DNA from: Bacillota bacterium
GTDB taxonomy: Bacteria > Bacillota > Sulfobacillia > JAIMAT01
Assembly (NCBI GenBank): GCA_029961055.1
Contig: JASBVM010000005.1
Span: forward strand, 65,487-129,486
Direction: 5' to 3'
DNA: 64,000 nt
The notes under the pieces were generated by a model. The model worked only from the letters and a program-made list of their open reading frames with translations, did no database searches and was not told the origin of the DNA. The position numbers and the translations under genes were made by a program. Below, one piece after another: positions 57,858 to 64,000 of this stretch (its first letter is position 1; every line of letters begins with the position of its first letter).

Positions 57858-58559
57858 GTGAGCGTGGAAGGTGGCAGCCCGGAAGCCGGGAAGCGACGGG
57901 AGATCTATACGCTCCATGCGGTCTGGCGGCGCGGCGCGAACTGGGAGACAGCCGTCCGCGGGGAGCGGGAGCGGCTGGCCGACGAGGTGGCGGCCGCGTT
58001 GCAGTCGGAGCCCCAGCTGGCGGTGCGCGGGGTCTACTCGACGGTCGGGTTCCGCCCCGACGCCGACATCCTCTTCTGGCTGCTGGCCCCGGATCCCGAG
58101 ACGCTCCAGCGCACCGTGGTGGCGCTCCGCCGGACCGCCTTCGGGCGGGGGTGCGAGATGAGCTGGTCCTTCCTGGGCGTGGCGCGGCCTCCGGAATTCG
58201 TAGGCGACCACTTGGCCGCCTTCCAGCGGGGGATCGAGCCGAAACGGTACGTCCAGGTCTATCCCTTCGTGCGCACCCCGGAATGGTACCTGCTTCCGAC
58301 CGAGGAGAGGGCACGGCTCCTGCGCGAGCACGGCCGCCTGGGCGCCGAGTTCCCGCAGGTCTACACCAACAACGTCCAGGCCTTCGGCCTGGGCGACTAC
58401 GAGTGGATCCTCTCCTTCGAGACGGACGATTTCTCGCAGTTCGTCGACCTGATCCGGCGCCTCCGCGAGGCGGAGGCCCGGCGTTACACCAAGCTGGACG
58501 TCCCCTTCATCCTGGGCGTCCGGAAGCCGCTGGTCGAGGCGCTGGCCGACCTGGACTGA
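57858..58559 (+). CDS. hemQ: Coproheme decarboxylase HemQ/ChdC (chlorite-dismutase family)
   Basis: Ferredoxin-like CDE fold pattern (VYSTVGFRPDADILFWL...YVQVYPFVRTPEWYLL...FGLGDYEWILSFE). Confidence 0.85.
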   Translation: MSVEGGSPEAGKRREIYTLHAVWRRGANWETAVRGERERLADEVAAALQSEPQLAVRGVYSTVGFRPDADILFWLLAPDPETLQRTVVALRRTAFGRGCEMSWSFLGVARPPEFVGDHLAAFQRGIEPKRYVQVYPFVRTPEWYLLPTEERARLLREHGRLGAEFPQVYTNNVQAFGLGDYEWILSFETDDFSQFVDLIRRLREAEARRYTKLDVPFILGVRKPLVEALADLD

Positions 58560-58597
58560 ACCCGGGGGGGCGGAGGGCGGCGGCTCCCGCGCGGGGC

Positions 58598-59617
58598 TCA
58601 GCGCTCCACGGGCCACTCGAGCCGCCGCCCGAGGCCGTGCCGTGCCGCAGACTCGGCCGCCTCCTGGGCGGCCAAGAGGTCCAGCTCGGCCACGCCCACG
58701 CTCTTGAAGAAGCTGGCACCCCCGTTGCGTCGCCCCTCCGGGGCGCCCTCGGCCAGAAGCTCGCCCAGCGGCCGGATCGACGGGCGCGCCACGACGCCCG
58801 CCTGCAGCGCGTCGATCAGCTCGCCCGCCTCGTTCAGCGCGGCTTCCTCTTTCTCCACCCAGATCCCGGCCTCTTCCGCCGCCCGGGCGACCAGCTCCCG
58901 GGGCAGCTCGCGCATGGCCGGGGTGAAGCTGCCGACGCCGTTGACGTGGACCGCCGGCGCGAGCCACTCCGCCCGGAGCACGGGCTCGCTGGCGGTGGTC
59001 GCGCAGGCGACGAGCTGGGCGCCGGCCACCGCTTCCTCGGCGCTGGCAGCCACGCGCCAGGTGACGGCGGAGAGACGTTCCTCCGGGAGGAGGGCGGCGA
59101 CGCGGCCGCGGAGGCGCTCGGCGTGCGGCCGCTGGGGGCTCCAGACGCGGACCTCCTCCAGCGGCAGGACAGCAAGGGCACAGGCAGCCTGGAAGGCCGC
59201 CTGGGTGCCACTGCCGATCAGCGCCATCACCCGCGTGCCGGCCGGAGCCAGGGCCCGGGCGGCGGCCGCCGCCACGCCGCCGGTGCGCAGCCCCGTCAGC
59301 ATGGTGCCGTCCAGCAGGGCACGGGGCACCCCGGTCCCGCCGTCGACCAGGAGCACCACGCCCACGGTGCCGGGCAGGCCGCGATCGGCGTTCTCCGGAA
59401 CGACGCTGACCACCTTGACCACCAGGTGCCGGGCCGAGGCCGGCATCACCAAGGCGCGTCCCCCGCCGGCGAGCCGGAGACCCTGGCGCATGGGAACCTC
59501 CGCCTCGCCGCGCCAGGCTGCGACCAGCGCCCGCGCCGCCACCTCCACCGCCCGGGCGGGAGGAAGCGCCTCCCGCACCGCCTCTCCGTCCAGCCAGAGC
59601 AACTCCACCCGCTCCAC
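58598..59617 (-). CDS. Ornithine cyclodeaminase / mu-crystallin family protein
   Basis: Rossmann motif VMALIGSGTQA and a family-typical N-terminus. Confidence 0.8.
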   Translation of the reverse strand: MERVELLWLDGEAVREALPPARAVEVAARALVAAWRGEAEVPMRQGLRLAGGGRALVMPASARHLVVKVVSVVPENADRGLPGTVGVVLLVDGGTGVPRALLDGTMLTGLRTGGVAAAAARALAPAGTRVMALIGSGTQAAFQAACALAVLPLEEVRVWSPQRPHAERLRGRVAALLPEERLSAVTWRVAASAEEAVAGAQLVACATTASEPVLRAEWLAPAVHVNGVGSFTPAMRELPRELVARAAEEAGIWVEKEEAALNEAGELIDALQAGVVARPSIRPLGELLAEGAPEGRRNGGASFFKSVGVAELDLLAAQEAAESAARHGLGRRLEWPVER

Positions 59618-59762
59618 CCCCTGTCGTCAGCCCCCCTTGGCCGCGGGCAAGCGAATCTCCTTCCCGGCCTTGCTTGGCCCAAGAGGAAAAGGCGGCTACC
59701 AGCGAAAAAACTGTAAATCTCAAAGGCTCGATTCCAGTCGATCAGGAAGGGAGCGGAATCGA

Positions 59763-60950
59763 TTGAACCTGATCCGCAAATCCAGCCTCCTCGCCGGACT
59801 CCTGGGCGGTGCGCTCCTGGCGCTGGCCGCCTGTGGCGGGACGACGCCCGCAGGCGGCGGCTCCGCCCAGGGCGGCATTCCTTCCGGGCCGATCAAGATC
59901 GGCATCCAGGCGCCCCTCTCGCGCGACTACGCCCTGGAGGGTCAGGGTTTCCAGCGGGCGATCCAGCTTCTGGCGGGACAGATCAACGACAAGGGTGGCA
60001 TCGACGGCCACAAGATCCAGATCGTGCCGGAGGATGACCAGGGGACGGCCCAGCAGGCGGCCACCGCCGCCCAGAGACTGGTCGCCGAGGGCGTGGTGGC
60101 CGTCGTGGGCGGCTACAACTCCACCGCCACCGAGGCGGCGCAGCCCATCTACAACCAGAACAAGGTGATCCAGGTCACGCCGGCTTCGACGGCGGTGCAG
60201 CTGAGCCAGAAGGGCTACAAGTACTTCTTCCGCACGGCCACCCTGGACAGTGCCCAGGGCAAGTTCGCGGCCGACCTGATGGTGAAGACGCTCGGGTTCC
60301 GGCGGATCGCGCTCCTCCACGACAACTCCACCTACGCCCTGGGGCTCGCCCAGGCCACCCAGAAGGCGGTCCAGGAGGACGGCGGCCAGGTGGTCTTCTT
60401 CGACGCCATCGTCCCCGGTTCCAACGACTACGGCGCGATCCTGACGCGGCTGAAGGCGGCGGCGCCCCAGGCGGTCTACTTCACCGGCTACTTCTCCGAT
60501 GCGGGGCTCCTGCTGAAGCAGAGCCAGGCCATCGGCTTCAAGACGCAGTGGATCGGCGGCGACGCCAACAACAACCCGCAGCTGGTCCGCGTGGCCGGCC
60601 CGGATGCCGAGGGATTCATGGTGACGACGCCGCCCCAGCCCCAGGACCTGAAGACGCCGGAAGCGGAGCAGTTCGTTCAGGAGTACCGGCAGAAGTACGG
60701 CGAGATGCCGCCCAGCGTATGGACGATCTCGGCGGCCGACGCCTTCCGGGTCATCGTCGACGCCATCGAGAAGACCCATTCCACCAACCCGGACAAGCTG
60801 GCGGACGATCTCCACCAGCTGAAGGACTTCCCGGGCTTCACGGGACCGATCAGCTTCGCCGCCAACGGCGACCGCGAGGGGACGCTCCACAAGGCGTATA
60901 TCGTGCGGAACGGGCAGTTCGTCCTCTATGAGAAGCAGCCGAACGAGTGA
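59763..60950 (+). CDS. Branched-chain amino acid ABC transporter substrate-binding lipoprotein (LivJ/LivK family)
   Basis: Lipoprotein signal LLAGLLGGALLALAACGG and periplasmic-binding-protein type I fold (IKIGIQAPLS...VVAVVGGYNS). TTG at 59763 within the longer track ORF. Confidence 0.85.
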   Translation: MNLIRKSSLLAGLLGGALLALAACGGTTPAGGGSAQGGIPSGPIKIGIQAPLSRDYALEGQGFQRAIQLLAGQINDKGGIDGHKIQIVPEDDQGTAQQAATAAQRLVAEGVVAVVGGYNSTATEAAQPIYNQNKVIQVTPASTAVQLSQKGYKYFFRTATLDSAQGKFAADLMVKTLGFRRIALLHDNSTYALGLAQATQKAVQEDGGQVVFFDAIVPGSNDYGAILTRLKAAAPQAVYFTGYFSDAGLLLKQSQAIGFKTQWIGGDANNNPQLVRVAGPDAEGFMVTTPPQPQDLKTPEAEQFVQEYRQKYGEMPPSVWTISAADAFRVIVDAIEKTHSTNPDKLADDLHQLKDFPGFTGPISFAANGDREGTLHKAYIVRNGQFVLYEKQPNE

Positions 60951-60971
60951 GAGGACCGGGGCAGGCGCGCG

Positions 60972-61880
60972 ATGAGCCGGTTGTTGGAGCTGCTGCTGAA
61001 CGGGGTGACGCTCGGGTCGGTCTACGCGCTGGTGGCGCTGGGGTACACCATGGTCTACGGCGTCCTCCGGCTGATCAACTTCGCCCACGGTGACCTCTTC
61101 GCCCTGGGAGCCTACCTGGCTTTCTCCCTCCTGACCGCGCGGGCGCTGGGCGGCCGGGTGGAGGGGGCGGCGGGGCTCCTGGTGGTTCTGGTGCTCGTGA
61201 TGCTCTTCGTCGCCGTGGCCGGGGCGCTGATCGAGCGGGTGGCCTACAGGCCGCTGCGGCGATCGTCGCGGCTGGCGCCGGTGGTCTCCGCGCTGGGCGT
61301 CTCGGTCTTCCTCGAGAACGCGATCATGCTGGTGTACGGGCCCGACTACCAGGTCTTCCCGCACAGCCTGCTGCCCCAGGTGGGCTGGTCGCTGGGGGCA
61401 GGGATCCACGTCAGCCTGGTCCAGCTCCTGATCGTCCTGGTCTCCGTGGCCCTGATGGTGGCGCTCGTCCTGCTCGTCCAGAAGACGACGGTGGGCGCCG
61501 CCATCCGGGCTGTGGCGCTGGATCACGACACCGCCCGGCTGATGGGCATCGACGTCGACCGGATCATCCTGCTCGTCTTCCTGATCGGGCCCGCCCTGGG
61601 CGGGGCGGCGGGGCTGATGGTCGGCACCTACTACGGTCAGATCAGCTTCCAGATGGGATGGGGGTACGGCCTGAAGGCCTTCACGGCGGCCATCATCGGC
61701 GGGATCGGCAACATCCCGGGCGCCATGGTGGGCGGGCTGCTCCTGGGAATCCTGGAGGCGCTGGGAGCGGGGTACATCTCCTCCGCCTGGCAGGGCGCGA
61801 TCACCTTCCTGGTGCTGATCCTGATTCTGATCTTCCGGCCGACGGGCCTCCTGGGCGAACGGGTGGTGAGCAAGCTGTGA
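60972..61880 (+). CDS. livH: Branched-chain amino acid ABC transporter permease LivH
   Basis: LLNGVTLGSVYALVALGYTMVYGVLRLINFAHGD. Confidence 0.9.
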   Translation: MSRLLELLLNGVTLGSVYALVALGYTMVYGVLRLINFAHGDLFALGAYLAFSLLTARALGGRVEGAAGLLVVLVLVMLFVAVAGALIERVAYRPLRRSSRLAPVVSALGVSVFLENAIMLVYGPDYQVFPHSLLPQVGWSLGAGIHVSLVQLLIVLVSVALMVALVLLVQKTTVGAAIRAVALDHDTARLMGIDVDRIILLVFLIGPALGGAAGLMVGTYYGQISFQMGWGYGLKAFTAAIIGGIGNIPGAMVGGLLLGILEALGAGYISSAWQGAITFLVLILILIFRPTGLLGERVVSKL

Positions 61881-63703
61881 GCCGGGAACGGCTGGCCACC
61901 GCCTGGGAGAGGGCGGAGGCGCGGCTCTGGCTGCCGGCGCTCCTGCTGGCCCTGGCCCTGCCCTTCCTGGTCAACGCCTACTGGATCGACGTCCTCAACG
62001 TCTTCCTTCTCTACCTGATGGCGGCCATCGGCCTGGACCTGATGGTGGGGCAGGCGGGCGTCTACAACTTCGGCCAGGCCGCTTTCTACGGCGTGGGCGC
62101 CTACACGGCCGCCATCCTGGCGACGCGGCTGGGCGTCCCGCTCCTCTGGACGGTGCCGGTGGCGGTCGCGGCGGCGGCGGGCCTGGCGGCGCTGGCCGCC
62201 TGGCCCGCCATCCACCTGCGCGGCGACTACCTCCTGATCGTGACGGTCGGGCTGGGGGAGATCTTCCGCATCGCGGTGGTCAACAACCCCTTCGGGCTGA
62301 CCGGGGGGGCCAACGGGATCCCGGGCATCCCGTATCCGGTGGTGCTGGGCCAGGTCCTGGGGACGCCGGAGCGCTACTACTGGCTGGTCCTGGTCGCCAC
62401 CATCCTGACCATGCTCTTCTGGCGGCGGATCGTCGACTCCCCGGTAGGCCGGATGTGGCGCCTGGTCCGGGAGGACGAGGAGGCGGCCATGGCCATGGGG
62501 GTCAACCCCGGCAGGGCCAAGCTCCTGGCGGTGGCGGCCGGGGCGGGCGTGGCCGGGCTGGCGGGGGCGCTCTTCGCCGGCAAGATGGCCATCGTGGCGC
62601 CGGACAGCTTCACCTTCTGGGAGTCGACGGTGATGTTCGCCATTGTCATCCTCGGTGGTCCCGGCTCGCTCCCGGGCCTGGTCGTCGGCGCCGCCGCCAT
62701 GCAGATCCTGCCCGAGTTCTTCCGGGACTTCGCCCAGTACCGGATGGTGGTCTTCGGAGCCGCCATGGTGGCCATGATGATCTTCCGGCCGCAGGGCATC
62801 TGGCCTGCGCGGCCCTGGCGCTTCCTCGGCGGTGAGGTGGCGGGCGAGAGGGCGGGGGAAGCGCGGGCGGCCCGCACGGACGACGGGAGGGCCGTGCGGG
62901 CAGAGGGCGCCGGCGAGGAGCTTCTGGCGGTGGAGTCGGTGGGCAAGTCCTTCGGCGGTGTGGTGGCCGTCGAACGCGTCAGCTTCCGCCTGCGGCGCGG
63001 GGAGATCCTGGGCCTGATCGGGCCGAACGGGGCGGGGAAGACCACGCTCTTCAACCTGATCACGGGCTTCAACCAGCCCGACCACGGGGAGATCCGCCTG
63101 AACGGCCGCCCCGTCGCCGGGCTCCCCGCCTACCGCCTGGCCTCCCTGGGGGTGTCGCGGACCTTCCAGGCGGTCCGCCTCTTCTCCCGGCTGACGGTGC
63201 TGGAGAACGTGCTGGCCGGGCTCTACCGCTTCGGCGGGAACGGCTTCTGGAAGGTGCTTCTGGCACCGCGCCGGACCCGGGCGGAGGAGGCTGAAAGGGT
63301 GGCACGGGCCCGCCGGATCCTGGCGCAGATGGGGCTGGAGCGTTGGGAGAACGAGGTGGCGCGGAACCTGCCTTACGGTGCCCAGCGCCGGCTGGAGGTG
63401 GCGCGGGCGCTGGCGGCCGAACCGGTTCTGCTGGTGCTGGACGAACCGGCCGCGGGCCTCAACGAGCAGGAGAGCGCCGAGCTGATGGAGCAGCTGCGCG
63501 GAATCCGTGACGCCGGTATCACCCTGATCCTCATCGAGCACGACATGTCCGTGGTGATGAGCCTCTCCGACCGCGTGATCTGCCTCGACCAGGGGCGTCT
63601 GATCGCCGAGGGGACGCCGGCCGAGGTTCAGACGGATGCCAGGGTGATCGAGGCGTACCTGGGCGTGCCGGGGTCCGAGCTGGCCGGGGGTGAGAGCGCA
63701 TGA
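61877..63703 (+). CDS. livMG: LivM permease fused in frame to LivG ATPase
   Basis: The N-terminal about 325 aa is a LivM-type permease (MAAIGLDLMVGQAGVYNFGQAAFYGVGAY). The C-terminal about 255 aa is an ABC ATPase (GPNGAGKTTLFNLITG, LSGG-like motif, LVLDEPAAGLN, HDM). There is no stop between the two domains. Confidence 0.8.
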   Translation: MSRERLATAWERAEARLWLPALLLALALPFLVNAYWIDVLNVFLLYLMAAIGLDLMVGQAGVYNFGQAAFYGVGAYTAAILATRLGVPLLWTVPVAVAAAAGLAALAAWPAIHLRGDYLLIVTVGLGEIFRIAVVNNPFGLTGGANGIPGIPYPVVLGQVLGTPERYYWLVLVATILTMLFWRRIVDSPVGRMWRLVREDEEAAMAMGVNPGRAKLLAVAAGAGVAGLAGALFAGKMAIVAPDSFTFWESTVMFAIVILGGPGSLPGLVVGAAAMQILPEFFRDFAQYRMVVFGAAMVAMMIFRPQGIWPARPWRFLGGEVAGERAGEARAARTDDGRAVRAEGAGEELLAVESVGKSFGGVVAVERVSFRLRRGEILGLIGPNGAGKTTLFNLITGFNQPDHGEIRLNGRPVAGLPAYRLASLGVSRTFQAVRLFSRLTVLENVLAGLYRFGGNGFWKVLLAPRRTRAEEAERVARARRILAQMGLERWENEVARNLPYGAQRRLEVARALAAEPVLLVLDEPAAGLNEQESAELMEQLRGIRDAGITLILIEHDMSVVMSLSDRVICLDQGRLIAEGTPAEVQTDARVIEAYLGVPGSELAGGESA

Positions 63704-64000
63704 GCCTCCTCGCGGTGAAGGAGCTGGAGGTCCGGTACGGCCACGTGGCGGCGCTCCGGGGTGTCGACCTGGAGCTGGGCGAGGGCGAGATCGTCGCCGT
63801 TCTGGGGGCGAACGGGGCCGGGAAGACCACCCTGCTGCGCACCATCTCCGGCCTGGTCAGGCCCGTCGCGGGCGAGGTCCGGCTGGGGGAGCGGACGCTG
63901 GTCGCCCGGCACGGCGGGCTTCCGGCGCACCGCATCGTCACCTTGGGCGTCGCCCACGTGCCCGAGGGTCGGCAGGTCTTCGCCACGCTGACCGTGGACG
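63699..64000 (+). CDS. livF: Branched-chain amino acid ABC transporter ATPase LivF (N-terminal part, runs off the window end)
   Basis: MSLLAVKELEVRYGHVAALRGVDLELGEGEIVAVLGANGAGKTTLLRTISG. ATG overlaps the livMG stop (ATGA) and is open to the window end. Confidence 0.8.

Noticed and set aside
61637-63541. 634-aa minus-strand ORF opposite livMG
   Set aside because: Antisense artefact, low complexity and Arg/Pro/Gly-rich.

Overview
High-GC (about 70% or more G+C) Firmicute (Clostridia-like) chromosomal window with very strong Bacillus-type housekeeping synteny and clear endospore-formation content. Almost everything lies on the + strand and forms three conserved blocks.

Block 1 is the end of the dcw cluster: ftsQ/divIB, ftsZ, spoIIGA, sigE, sigG. 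Unusually, spoIIR follows sigG directly. Then come ylmC, pgeF/ylmD, sepF, ylmG, divIVA, ileS, a Bcp peroxiredoxin, ylyA, lspA, rluD and pyrR.

Block 2 is rqcH(-), an inositol monophosphatase, a P-type Ca-ATPase, dapF, a dapL-like aminotransferase, a cysteine desulfurase and thiI.

Block 3 is the yloC-recG-like region: remA, gmk, rpoZ, priA, an in-frame def-fmt fusion, rsmB, rlmN, prpC, prkC, rsgA, rpe, a soluble PRC/MgtE-N/CBS protein, a 21-codon spoVM-like micro-ORF, rpmB(-), asp23, a DAK2 protein (yloV-like) and recG.

The last about 18 kb is more accessory-like:
- a secreted G/T/P-rich lipoprotein (-), a VIT-family transporter (-), an MBL hydrolase, and cydAB (-)
- an alpha/beta hydrolase, a family-4 UDG, an APH-like kinase and a DUF503 protein
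- a tight minus-strand operon of an APC amino-acid permease, a membrane Usp-like protein and two RCK_N (TrkA-N) proteins
- hemQ, an ornithine cyclodeaminase (-), and a Liv-type ABC transporter whose livM and livG are fused in frame

No rRNA, tRNA, CRISPR array or obvious mobile element is visible. Many long ORFs in the supplied track are antisense or alternate-frame artefacts of the high GC content.

Most interesting points:
- spoIIR sits next to spoIIGA-sigE-sigG
- the spoVM-like micro-ORF was missed by the ORF track
- def-fmt and livM-livG are in-frame fusions
- the APC permease / Usp / RCK_N operon is an unusual gene combination
- there is a short promoter-plus-terminator leader in front of ileS
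- an aminotransferase and an HDAC-family deacetylase are paired downstream of an orphan pyrR
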